A DNA stretch of 62,272 nt, counting the filler, from Platydemus manokwari (taxonomy: Eukaryota), in assembly GCA_037951405.1 (NCBI GenBank). It is 5 parts of 5 records of this genome, joined end to end, with 100 filler letters (N's around TTAATTAATTAA, not from the genome) between each part and the next. Parts side by side here need not be neighbours in the genome. Positions count along the whole stretch, not along the records: positions 13,004 to 26,393 come from JBBMOY011744731.1; positions 26,494 to 35,372 come from JBBMOY011335539.1; positions 35,473 to 51,848 come from JBBMOY011182544.1; 2 more parts are not named here. One strand, 5' to 3'. Positions 24,940-38,400 of this stretch are shown piece by piece. The position numbers and the translations under genes were made by a program. Within the stretch, counting starts at the first letter, position 1. Every line of letters begins with the position of its first letter. The notes under the pieces were generated by a model that saw nothing but the letters and a program-made list of their open reading frames with translations, searched no databases and was not told the DNA's origin.

Positions 24940-26206
24940 ATGTATGGTAGTAATTTATTTAAATATAAAACACAATTCGACTCGAAAAACACCAGTTTGA
25001 ATGACCATTATGATAAAATGGTTTACGTCATCACTTGTCTTATTCTGATGTTTTGTTTTTTATATAGTTCAAAGGTTAATTATTTCAAAAACGAATTTGT
25101 TTGTGCAACTCCAACGGTTTTGAAATCATTTCAAGAAAGAGTTGACTATTTCGATAACAATTGTTGGATAAATGGTGTTATTAGAATCACTAACATAACA
25201 GAATTGCCACAAACTTATGAAGGCTGGGATAAATTGGAGAGAAAGCAAAAAATAAGTAAGCAAGTTCAATGATGATTTGTGATCTGAATTGATGTCATCA
25301 TTTTTAGCTTGTCATCTGTGGTTCAATTTGATGTTTGGAATCATGTGCTTGGTTTCATATCTTCCAAGATGTGTCTGGAAATTTATTACTAATTCAGAAT
25401 CACTGAATGACGTAATTGTACATTTGAAAAGCATAGACTGCCTCTCAACGTCAAAATCTCAATCCGAGATTCAATGTGTATCGATGAGGTTACATGAATG
25501 TTTAACTACTTATAGAAAAACAGTAAACCAAAATGTTTCAAAATCATGCTCGTCAAAGATCTCATTTATCCCCTTTTCTCGATCGCATTCTACGTTTCTC
25601 ATTAGTTGGTATTTCGTTGTGAAGATACTTTTTATAGGGACGGGTTTCTTTCATTTGTGGATCATGAAATATGTTATTAGTTTTCCTGCTGATAGTTTTT
25701 ATGATTTCTATAATGAGATTTTGATAAATATTTTCTTTGAGTCCGATTTGAATTCGCTGAAATATTTTCCCTTGAAAACGGTTTGCGCATACAAAGAATT
25801 GGTGATATTGGGAGTGGTGAACACATATGCGTCTCAATGCATTTTACAGCACAATTTATATATTAGATTTTATATCACGTTCATTGCATACTGGAGTATC
25901 TTGACCATTGTCTTGTCAACATTTGGTTTGATGAAGTGGATTAACAGAATTTTTTCATGGGGCTCAAAGAAATATTTTGCTAAATGTCTTTTAAAACTTG
26001 GTGGTATAGATACCAGAACAAAAGATGTAGAAACACAGAAGAATATTGATCAATATGTAGACATATATCTGAAATACGATGGGGCTTTCGTATTTCATAT
26101 GTTATCAATGAGAATCGGCAATGTTCTTTCGTCAAAAATAGCAGCTAAATTATGGACGGAAAATTTAAATTGCACACAACTTGAAAACGTAAACGTTTCT
26201 TTGTAA
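24940..26206 (+). CDS. Innexin, divergent (exons 24940-25255 and 25308-26206, 404 aa)
   Basis: NDHYDKM plus TM1, extracellular Cys pairs VCATP/NNCW and FPLKTVC/SQCIL, TM2 YLP, and C-terminal YLKYDGAFVFHML..IGN...KLW are innexin motifs. A 52-nt phase-1 GT-AG intron at 25256-25307 fuses the two ORFs in frame. Confidence 0.92.
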
Positions 26207-26393
26207 TATATTTTTTTTCAAAAAATATTTCCAATTTTTAATTTCTTTCGTCCTTTCTTTTGAAATTTCATAATTTTAGATGAAAAATAAAATTTTAAGA
26301 TTACTCTAAAGATTTATGTAAGAATATATTACGTATATTCAATATAGGAATTATTTCAACTGTAATTTTAAGTAATTTTATTTTGCTTTTAAT

Positions 26394-26493
26394 NNNNNNN
26401 NNNNNNNNNNNNNNNNNNNNNNNNNNNNNNNNNNNNNTTAATTAATTAANNNNNNNNNNNNNNNNNNNNNNNNNNNNNNNNNNNNNNNNNNNN
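26394..26493. other. Artificial contig linker
   Basis: 44 N + TTAATTAATTAA + 44 N. Confidence 0.97.
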
Positions 26494-28039
26494 TGTTGAC
26501 TGATTTTGATAGCTTATGAATAGAGCTTCAAAATGACGTGTATGTTAATGATTTGCTACAGCACACACACGTGTTTACATCTGGTGTCAAATTCCGGTTA
26601 TTAAGTTATACATATTACTTTTCTTATTTTTTGTGGTTTTTGTTTTGTCCAATTTTTTAGGTTTGGGTTGACCTGTGAAATCAATAAGCACTTGGTGAAG
26701 ACTTAAAAATTTAAAATTATGAGAACTGCCATATTAGAATCCATTATTCGTTATCTTGTGTTTCTGTCTTGAATATCTTTAAGACTATTGCCCCTGTTTT
26801 GAAGTGGCTTTTATTTGCTTTTATGATTTGATCATGGTGAGTTCAACTGCAAACGTAAAATGTAAATTCTTTTCTATTTAAAAATTTGGACTTGGAATGA
26901 CAATCTCTGATACGTTGCGTTAACGATAAATTCTATTCGAGATATGATTTTATCACAGGATTATTTTTAAAAGATAAGTTTGTTACTAGGGTGGTGTGAT
27001 AATCATTTCAGTTAGCTCAATTGCGTGTAATAGGAAGGAAAATCTTGTTTTATTTCAAAAGGTATAACCAATTCTTTCAGCCCTTTTTGTTAAACATTTT
27101 GATAGAATATATAAATTGAATTTAAGTTCGTACAATTTGTAAAAAGATGTTTAATTTTTGTAACAGAAGGGTTTGGTTTAAATAAGTTCTATATGAGATT
27201 TTTTTGCTTTAATCTTTAACTTATCTGGACTCCACATATAAGGTTGTTACTTCTATCAAGTTCTCGTTGTAGTAGTATTCAAAATATAAATATAGGGAAT
27301 ATAAAGTAGCACAGTACAATAATTATATTAGGTTATTTAAAAATTAAATTTATAAAACTAAAGCTTGATATACAATTCTATTGTTTTAAGATCAGTACCC
27401 TCAAAATAACAATAAATGGTGTGCCACTTTAGTGGTCGATCACGCCTCTCAAATTAAAATAAAGTGGGGAACCAAGCAATAGTAACTTATCGGATTTTAA
27501 AGGACCACAAGGCTAAAACTAGCCTTGGGTCTTAACTTAATTACTATAACCAATAAAAATTTACTTATTTTATAATCTTCAAGTTTCTGTTAATAATCTA
27601 AATTTTTTTACATAAAATAGAGATTACATACATTACAATCCTAAAATAAAGATTATGTTCAAATAAAATCAAAGATTATAGACAAATAAAAGCAATTTCA
27701 TATACTATCACAACGTCATATCATGTCACTCACCGATGTCTACTTTCTACTACTGGATTGAGTGTCTTGTTGGTTTCGGTGGAAGGATTGAATTTGGGAT
27801 TAAGATCCTATCTTCTGGTAGACTAAGGACTGAGATTGTCGTGAAGATTGAGGAGATGATGATAATCGATTTCTGTATCAAATGTTTGCACTTCGTAATG
27901 TAATCTTATTATATTTATAATTTATTATTAATATAATTCTTAGTGAACTTTGTATACTCTTCAGAATTAATGAACAACATGTTAAATACCAAAATATAAT
28001 GAATCACAGTTATGAATCAAATAAAACGATTAAATTGTT

Positions 28040-30980
28040 GTATTTAGGTTTATTTTTTTATGGCTTATTTTATTCCTATTATTATTTGAATTTGTTGTGG
28101 ATCACTGTCATATTGATCAGTCTCAAAGAGTTCTGATTCAAGGCCATAAGTGCAACTGTTTACCTTATAATTGTTGTGTTTGGGGCTTCGTGGTTGTATT
28201 TTATTATCAGTCTCTTAGTTCTGAATCTAGCACAAAGGCACAACTATAAACATTATTCTATTTTATTTCTTCACCTCGCGCAACGATATAATACGTGCGG
28301 CAACAATGATCTTTTATAACTTAAAACTATCAGTCTCAGTTTCTATGGCACCTTTCCTATATAATTTACTATTAACAATTCAGTCAATAACAAGACGATT
28401 TGAAACACTAAAATTTATTGTTATAACAACTACTACAATAACAATTAAAAATATATAAGAATTTTAAAAAATACAATGATTTTAGAAACTACTGTATTGA
28501 CTTTAACACTTAAACCATTTGCCTTAACAAATTTCTGGATGAAGATACGGTCAACAAACTCCTACTCTTCGAGCAAAACCAATTACCTGAAGAGAGCTTT
28601 GTGAGACAAAGCCCTATACTATTGATGTGTTTGGGGCTTGTTTTTATTATTTCTTAATTCCTATCAGTTTCTTTAATTCTTGTAAGATCACTATTGTCTT
28701 GATCAGCAGTATCTATGAGTTCTTATCAAGCCCAAGGTACAATCTATTAAACCTTATTATTTCTTTATTCACCTCGTGTATTTATTATAAATATTATAAT
28801 TATTCCCAAAATTGTTAACCGTGTTCATAAATATAATTATTATTTGTTATTAATTTGTCCAGAAGTTGAAAAATAAAAATAAATTATTTCAAATGATAAT
28901 TTCTAAAGTTGTTACTTTTTAAATAAAAATTCTTAGGTTAAAATTGTTACATTTATACACGATTACTACTTATACACAAATACTACAATTATATTAATAA
29001 ATGTTTCAGAATTTTTCAATCAATCGAAACTGTTTCACATGGGATATTGTCATGCAAGAATTTCTGTCAGAATTATTGTTGCATCGTCGATTCCGCAACA
29101 CTACTGGGGGTTTCAGTAAGCATGTCCTCTTGTTTTCTCATCTTTTCTTTGTGATTGGATTGTTCAGTAGTTTTTCTTTTGATTGGTGTTTTGGTTACAT
29201 TTGCATTACCGACTAGTCATAGTCGTTCTGGTTGAAGTTCTTCTGGGCTTGGATTTAGATTAGAGCTTTCTATATTTTCTCTTGTATTTTATTGCTCAAT
29301 AAACTGTTATGCGCCATCGATAATTGCTCGTACTCAAGCTGATCATTCATTAGCAACTCATCTTCTTGCATCTGTGGATCGATACATAATTGCTCTAAAA
29401 ATTTTATTGTATCAATATTTTATTTTGTTACATTTTGAAAGCTTAATAATCAGAGATTTGGTTTAATTATATTTGTTTTTCTTTAAAATACTTGTAGGAA
29501 TATTTAATAATTATCATAATTTAATAATAATAATAATTATTAAATTCTCTAAACTGCTAGTATTATATTATTACACAATATTATATATTTCTGTATGTTC
29601 TAAACCGTTCTTCAAATAATTATAATAATTACTTTTTTACATTAATAATTAATCCAAAAACTCGTTAAGGCTAAAATTATTGTAAAAAATTGTTTAATAT
29701 CAATTGTTACTTTTAAACAACCGTTCGTGCATAAAAATTAAAATGATTCTTTTATACATTGATACACAAAATTTTTAAATCAAATTTTTATACTAGTGGT
29801 ACATTTAAATTGTCATGCAGAAACCGACTTTATTAATAAAAATGTCATAAAATGATTCACATGTTGCGTTTGGGGCTTGCTATTTTTGGTTTTAATCTTA
29901 TCAGTCTCTTAATTCTTATTATTGTCGATGATTACTGTTGTCTTAATCAGTCACACGTGGTTCTGATCAAGCCCTAGGTACGAACTATAGAACCTATTTA
30001 ATTCTTTTTTCGCCTTGCGTTTAATATTATATGATGATAATATTAAACGGCAACAATCATCAATCGTAAAAAGAACTTTTCTACTTATACCTATATAATA
30101 TTTTATTTAAACTATCAGTCTCAATTATCAAATTTTATTAGATCAATAACAAACTCGTGTTTTATAAAAATTTATTGACACAAATATTATGTAACAATTA
30201 TATAAATTACTACAACTAGTATGTTTAAATATACAATGACTAAATACGAATAACCTTATCAAGATTCTGGGGAAGATTTACGGTTAATAAACTGCACACT
30301 CTTACAGCAAAACCACCTTTCAAGACGTTTGAGATAAAACTCTATAATAAGACAATATACACGGCTACTATACTACTGATCAGTTTTTTATAGAATTAAT
30401 CTAACTCACGCTTTTTGGGGCATATACTTGATCAAAGGCTGGTGCAAATTCTTCTTGATCAAATATGAATCAGGTCGAATACGAGCAGAATGGCTTTGAA
30501 TGAAAATACGTCTTAACACGATTTGGTTGTAACACACTGCAAGCTAGTGGTTTCAGAATAAAAACGGGCGAAAGTTGTGACGTTTTTCCCCTCTATTTAT
30601 ATGAATGGAGAGACGAATTTAATCGTCACGGATTATTGATGAAAATCGATACAAATAAATTAATTCCCTAAAGATTTCCCCTATAATTCATTCAAGATAC
30701 AATTTGGTTGTTAATATTATACCGATGGAATATAAATAATTTAATATTTTAATGTTTGATCTTGAAAGGTGTGAAAAAAATATATTAAATATATTATTAT
30801 CATTTCATGATCGTTAATTAATCATAATCGTTACAATAGACATGCTTGAATACTCAAGCCCCAAAAATAGTAACCTGATTGTTACTTTTACACACTAAAA
30901 CTAAAGTAGCAATAAACGTATGAGCTATGAAAATTGCTACATTTATACACTTATTTGTAAATATTATTACAATACTTATA
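28040..30980. repeat. Array of diverged direct repeats
   Basis: Units begin g(t/c)gtttggggctt at 28176, 28627 and 29866, with a partial copy at about 28040. They share atcagtctc, ttctgatcaagccc and ttcacctcg blocks. A second module, ttgttactttt...tttataca, occurs at about 28907, 29703 and 30878. Confidence 0.8.
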
Positions 30981-32451
30981 CATCGATATCAAATGCTATC
31001 AAGCGTGATTGTTGACTGTCAAAATTGTTATAGTTTTTTTTATTTTCACATTTGGATTGATTTTGCCATTTCCACAACACACAATTTGGGTCGCTGAGAC
31101 TGACTGGTAGATTGTATAAATTAATAATGTCGTTAATGACTGCTGTAATTTGAAATTTTTGTTGATTTAAAATAACTATAATGATCACGCAAAATATAAT
31201 CTATGATCTTATCTTATGAATTACTTATGAAAGCCCATTGTTATTCTAAATTAATATCAAAACTATAGGTAGATTATAATTAAATTGTGAATTTCGAAAA
31301 GCGAAAAAATTTCATCACTAAAACATTATAAAATAGACAGCGTGTTGCTTAATGTGAGTAACTGCCGAAAACGGAAAAGTTAGACGGGGAATGTCAAGAA
31401 AGTTGGTTTTTAAATTACACACAATTAATTAAAATTAGTAAAAAATAACTTATAAATTAACGCTAAAAGTTGATTCCAAAAAATGAGTTACGAATATTTG
31501 ATTTCCTTTGCTTATCTAGTACAATTGATTCCTAAGTATCTCACGTGATTCAAATAAGATTATTTTCTAAAATTTTCCTTTGCAAACAAGATTTCTCGGT
31601 TTCGCCTTCTTCTCAAGTTATATGTTTTCTTTTTAGTGAGTGTTTACTCCAAACGTGACTCTGTTTATATTGCATTTTCAAAGATTGACTCACAACTGTG
31701 TTATTTTTGATGGGTTTTCGACATGCGTTTTTTTATATATTTAATTCGATTTTATTTGATCTTATTTAAATTTAATATTTACTGATAAGAATGATCAGAT
31801 TCATTATTATATATTTTATGCGGGAGGTCATTTTATACTTTATTTATATTAATTCATTATTTTAGTTTTATTATTTATTATTGATGGAATCCTACTAGCC
31901 TGTGCTAATCAGTATCTGGTGATGATGAATTATCTCGATGAATTATCCATGCACTATTAAATGATGATTAGAACCGGAGTAATGATGATTCCACCAATAA
32001 TCCGACTTTAATCAGTAATTAAGTTGCGTGTAATTATTCAGGTATAATAGTACTGATAGATATAATAATGATATGAGCAATAACAAAATGTTGATACGAT
32101 ACGTTTATTATAATAAAAATTAACGAATGTGTCACGCAACAATTTGACAGAGGGCAGTGATGTGTCCTGAAGAGTTTTAAAACAAACCGACGTAAGTAAC
32201 TAAGTGCCGCCTTACTTCAGTCGATAAACTAAAGTAGATGTGATTTTAGCTTATTAATTAAAGGTTAGGTCTGCAAATCCTTCCGGCTTTACAGCGTACT
32301 GATGACTCGGTGCAAATGCTTTCGCCTTTGTACCTCTATATGATTTTATGAATGAGTATCAGTACAAATTCTTGCGACTTTGTACGATACTCATGTAATT
32401 AATCTAAAAATTTACCGATAACATTTCCGAGCAGTTATAATTGAAAAGAAT

Positions 32452-32615
32452 TTCTGCAATTCCGACTAGCTGTAGTTTAAAAAAAATTTGAAATAGAAAT
32501 AACCGCTTATGCAAATTTAGCTGTAGTTTAGAATGAGTGGAATAGACTAGACGCTTCTGCAAATTTAGCTGTAGAAGTAGAATGATTGAAATAGAATTGA
32601 CGCTTCTGCAAAATT
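32452..32615. repeat. Minisatellite, ~47-54 bp unit, ~3.3 copies
   Basis: gcttctgcaaatttagctgtag...gaatag recurs at about 32452, 32506, 32553 and 32602. Confidence 0.85.
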
Positions 32616-32757
32616 ACACGAGAGCTTTAATTGAGATTCATAAGAAATTTTTTCTGGCGAATCTACTTTGTCGCCCACTATCACGTAGAAATTTTTCCTG
32701 TGGGCGTACGTTGGAGTGTATTCTTCATTTATTCGGAATTTTATAATTTTATTTGCT

Positions 32758-32860
32758 GTTACCACGGTGATACATTAAATCACTATGGTGATGTGTTTAT
32801 TAACTATTAATACTATAATTGTTACCATGGTGACGTATTAATTCATAATGGTGATGTATA
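32758..32860. repeat. Direct repeat pair, period 63
   Basis: gttaccacggtgatacattaaatcactatggtgatgt at 32758 versus gttaccatggtgacgtattaattcataatggtgatgt at 32821. Confidence 0.75.
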
Positions 32861-35081
32861 ATGAATTTTATTATTATTATATTTTTCGGTGATGTGGGAG
32901 TACGTGGGCTATTACATTTATTATTTTATTATATTTATGTTTGGCTTATATTTATTTTATTAATTTTATTATTAGCTTTATATTTTGGTTTCCAACATTA
33001 TTTATTTTATTTTAATTATTATTTTTTGTGTCATTTTAAATTATTATATTGTTATTTTATTGTGGTATTTTTTTAACCATATTTTTGACTTTGAGTTTAC
33101 TAGTTTATAGGTTGTGTGTAACCTATATTAAAACAAATTTAAAGGTTTTGTCAAAGTAATTATAAAGTCAATATTGTTTTATACTTAACACTAAAAAAGT
33201 AATTGTGAAGCAAATAAATTAAAAAAAAAACATTTTACCTTTTATACTAAGCAGTCGTCACTGCTCATCAAAATTTCTGCCACCGGAAGGCGATACCAAT
33301 CTAAAATAAATAAAATAACAAAACCAAAATTGAGAACAAAGGGAATACCATTTTGATTCCTGGCTCGCTTTAACCAGCGATAATAACAATAAAGAAACAA
33401 GTGAATTCCCGCCAGTTAAAATAAAATATTTAATATTGTTGATGTTAATATTTATATATTTTATAAATTATTTAACAAACGTACTGATAATAAAATACCA
33501 AGAAGTGATTTAAAATACATTTTGTGCGATTGCTTGCATGTGGTGCTCCTAATAAAACCAGCCAAAGCGATTTTCTTAACAAGTGGTCATTTGAAAACGT
33601 TTGAAAATTGTCTCGATACAATTGCAACTCGTTCGGTGTACATAATTTTTATTATTAAGAGAGTTAAGAGATTTCGATTTAATGAGTATACAATAATTGA
33701 TTTCATTACCAATTTGTATCATCTACAGATATATTTTATATTTTTTATCTCAAAAATTCCCAAATCTTATTAACTCGACATATGACATGAATAAATAATT
33801 ATTGGTAATATTTTGGCTACTAACACCATTTTAACTAAGCATAGAAAAATGGAGTCAATTTTTAAGATTTTAAGGATATAATCTTCAGGAGGAGGGAGAT
33901 GTGTTGAGTGAGATGAAATTCTGTAAAAAGGAAAACGAAATTGCACAGAAACACTTGTTTTGGCACTTTAAACATTTGCATGCCTACACAGTCATGTAGG
34001 CACAGCAATCGGTCAATCATAGTGAAAGTAATGGTGGACTACAAAAGGAAAGAGGCATAGCTACACAACAACACACACGCAGGGATTGACCAATCCCACT
34101 CATGTAAAAGCTTAAAAACCCAATAAGAACACAGAAAAAAAATCAAATCAAAATATGATGCAACACGATAAAAAAAATTACACACATCGCAAATTTTAAA
34201 ATCGATATAAAGATGGATAATTGCAAGTTGAAATCCAAGTTTGGGTTGAGATTTTGCATTTAGTGTATTGATGAATACACCGAAAAATATATTTACCGGT
34301 GGTTAGGTATTATGATTTTTGATTTTAGAATTTTAGATTTGCTCTATCTAAACTGGGTTCAAGACAGAATGTTCTTTGATTTGATGAATAGTTTAAATAA
34401 TAGATATATTTTTAGCAAATGCTTTTAACTTACTAAAATTATTTGAGATGGATCTTGATATGTTAAGGTAAGTCACTAAAGCTAGGCTTCAAATTTACTT
34501 ACGAAAGAAAGTCTATATTTCTGCTTTTATTTTTTCTTTATTATTGTGACTATGGTTGTTTATAAATTATAGATGATTTTATATGTATTGGATCTTACTC
34601 TATCTTCCAATGGAATTGATCTTCCAGCACAAGTACTATGCATACACAAAGTCTGGATCACTTATGCGCGATCGTAAAACTGATGTTATGTATTACCGCG
34701 ATCCGTATGAAATAGCTTTGGCAATAGATTGATGTGCTATTTTGTTACTGGGTCAATGTGTTAATGTGTTATCGCTAATTGCGGTTACTGCTTTATATAG
34801 GCAGCAATGACTCATTCACAGATATTCTCTGCGAGTATTTATTTACTATACTGCATATATATTGCACTGGATTTTATTGAGGTAGAGAGAAATTCTCTGC
34901 AAATAATTTCACTAATGCATAGCTATTTATTTTATTCTATGTGTACATTTTATCTACAGTGCGCAAAATTTGATGATAGATATTTACTGCGCGATAATTC
35001 ATAAAGGATTATTTATTATTTTATGGGTATTTTTTATGACAGGGAACTTTTTTAAAGGGTTTTTAAATTTTAATATTTTAA

Positions 35082-35123
35082 GGGATTTTTTAAACGGGAT
35101 TTTTTAAACGGGATTTTTTAAAC
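35082..35123. repeat. 14-bp tandem repeat x3
   Basis: gggattttttaaac three times, with degenerate copies just upstream. Confidence 0.85.
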
Positions 35124-35372
35124 AATATTATTTTGGGTCTAAATTATATTGTATTTAATTTATGTCAACCGCAGAGCTTCCCAGAATATTTACAATAAAA
35201 AATATCCAATATTATTTCATGCAGAATACTTTTATATATCGATACAATGATGATCTTAATACACAATATCAAGGATAAAGATTAAATAACATAAGGGAGT
35301 CAATATCTCCAAATAATTGTCATATAGTCGATTTTTTTTCAAAACCCCAGCAATTATACTCGAATCTTAATG

Positions 35373-35472
35373 NNNNNNNNNNNNNNNNNNNNNNNNNNNN
35401 NNNNNNNNNNNNNNNNTTAATTAATTAANNNNNNNNNNNNNNNNNNNNNNNNNNNNNNNNNNNNNNNNNNNN
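35373..35472. other. Artificial contig linker
   Basis: 44 N + TTAATTAATTAA + 44 N. Confidence 0.97.
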
Positions 35473-38400
35473 ATAAAAGTTATTTTAATCGAATATCTTT
35501 AATATCTTCGTGAAAATTTTTTTAAGAAAGTGATCTATAAATAGAGGACAAAAATATGGTAGACATAAATTATATTATTATAAACCAGAAAAAGATGATG
35601 TATCTCATTTTGAATTTAAAATATATTTAAAATGATGGAAAATAAATAAAATGTAATTAACTAACCTCTGATAAACCCCATCAGAAGTGAAGGCAATAAG
35701 TTCTAATATAGGTCTGAGGTTTTCCAACAGTAAATCATGTTTTCTAGAAGACTAAGAACAACTTGTTGTGTGATCAACACGTTGGTTGCTTTATTTTACT
35801 GAGTACACGAAAACAAAGTAGTTGAAAAATACTTTTGACAAAAATTATAAAGTTAATAGTCAATTACAGTAATCAACGATTACATAAAGATTCAACTAAC
35901 ATGATTTATGGGTAAAGGAAAAATGAAATGAGCTAAAGCCATAGAACAGTTTTTATCTTGTCATTTCATTATTTAATTTATAGAATTTTAATAATTGATT
36001 ATCTATACATTTTCATATAAAATATCTATCTTATCATATGGAATTTATCTGCGATACAAATAAAGAGGTGGTGAAGTGTTACGCTTAATATAATATAATA
36101 AGAAAATCTATTAAGTTTGTTTTATAGACAATAATTTTAAATAATTTAATGATATTTGAAGCTATTTCATACTTTTCAAGTATTTTTTATGGACTTCTGA
36201 GATTGCCCACATAAAAGCAAAAGGTGGTTTGGGAAGTCGCACAAACGTTATGTAATTTTTGATCGATTGATATTTTTTGACTTTGAACGAAATTTTAAAA
36301 TTGTGTATCAATAAATCGGTATTAATATTCATATCTTTTCATTCTATTTAGAAGTCTAATTCTCTTTTTGTGTCAGACTACATCTAATGTTGTTGGGTTT
36401 AAAATATTAAATATATATATATCATTGTATTGTATTATAATTAAAGAAGCAATAGAAAATTAATAATAAATAGAGTTCATTAAATACAATCAAGATACAA
36501 ATAAATAACAGTAGACCAAAATAAGTGACAATAGATTCAAAAGACTATTCCAATAATTAAATTACAAATTATTAACGAAATTAAATATTAATTATAATAA
36601 GTTTAATTAATAAATTCAAAGGAAAGTAAAATAAATAAATGTTGGTTATTAAATTTCTATAAATTCCTTTTGCACCAATTTAGTAAAATTGATAAAATTT
36701 TTGGCATTTGCCATTTAAAGTTTTGCACATTGGAGCAAGCAAACCGATTTAAATATCAAGGTAATCAGAAGATTGTCATTACCTGGATTTTCTTAACAAA
36801 ATGCGAGAGGCATAAGAAGTTTTATCTGAAGTCAAGACAGAGTTTCAAAGCATTAAAGAAACAGGTTTGACGTAAAATAATGTCCTTAGAGCTTATCAAA
36901 GAACAACAAAGGAGACAGAACCACAAATGTATAGTAAAAGAGGTATTGCTTGCACCCTCTACTAGCTTTAAACTTATGATATTATATGGTATCGTAGATG
37001 TATTTCCGGTAGCGTTTGCATGTCCAAGAGTAGTCCATCTGCGAGTGACGCTGAATCATTCGTGGACCAAATTCGTTTTGGTTGTAAACCGGCCTTGTTT
37101 TAAGAGCTTGACACTAATGTGTGTGTAATAATTTATTAAAGTTGTAAAGCTGTTTTTGTAATAATACTTTTTAGGAAAGCACATGTGTTTACTTATTTGG
37201 AGAGTCCGGCAATGAAATGAGAGTTACCGTTCTCCACTACCCAATAAAATTATTTAATGATTATGTAATATTATATAATATTGTGTATTATAATATAATT
37301 AAATCATTTACAGTTATTCCGTGTATAATCATATCATATTATTTAACATAAAAAATTCCTAAACTTGTAAATATAAAGAAAATTTCAGATTAAAATTATT
37401 CGTCAAATCCAAAACGTTGATCTAATTATGTGACAGAGAAAAAAAAATTTTTTATGTGATTATAATGATTTTTGTGGCAATTATATACGTTTTTAGGGCA
37501 AATTCAGGTGATTATATTGCGGGAGGAAATAGTTCTCGAAACTCAATACGGAATTCGTTTGAAATTCGTTTAATTAGAGGAAATAGCCATGAAGACAAAT
37601 CGTCAATTAGAAAATTTTATTTTCCATATAATCAAATGTGGGTAGCAGAAAATTTCTTTCTGAAAAATTCGACAAACTTCCTTCAACCTATAAACTCTTA
37701 GTTCTGAATTAAGACATTTATCTTATTGATTTCTATTTTGATTACCGTCTCAAAATACGGATTTTAAAAATCTATGATATCATGATGAAATCAGTGAAAT
37801 TTGGAATAGAAAGCCATAAATTGGATTATTGACAATAGTAATGGCTTTACATGATTTTTTTATGACATGACTGGCTATTTATAATTTTACTTTTGTCCAT
37901 GTTATCCGAATTGAAAACCTTTTCTAGGATAAAAGATGATTTTTATTTCCTTTTCTATTTATTAATTTAATTTTATTATTATGAATGCTAAGAGAAATTT
38001 CGATTTTGAAAATTCGATAAAACTTCTAACTTTAGGTTGATCGAGAATAACATTCAATATTCATAAAATAACTTTCTATACCGTATATAAATATGATAAA
38101 GGTCATAAAGATTAACATCTTGATTCGTAGTTGAAATCAAAGTCGAAATTTACTTATTTTTCTACTTACTTCGCAGATATTTCTAAAATACACGTTACAA
38201 TATAAGGAAATATAAAATTTAAGTACTTTTCTGAACTCGTTTCAAAACGTTCGAGAGGTTACGTCCTCTTGTATTACAAAAAATCAATATCAACATAAGG
38301 AAGAGGTCGAGTTAGTAAACAAGAAAATTTTGTTTGAGAGTTCCAAACAAGGCTCTATCTTTTATGACTGGAGTCCACTTCTAATTTAAGTTGGAAAGTG

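Noticed and set aside
30528-30875. Possible solo LTR (tgtaac...gtaacc)
   Set aside because: The TATA and polyA signals point in opposite directions and there is no clear TSD.
32165-32320. Hammerhead-like CTGANGA cores (also 28587, 49565 and the minus strand near 14130)
   Set aside because: No correctly placed GAAA with a pairing stem II.
35666-35752. Exon-like piece SSRKHDLLLENLRPILELIAFTSDGVYQR with a short match to about 39845
   Set aside because: An isolated fragment at a contig end. The FN3-like resemblance and the short match are too weak to call.
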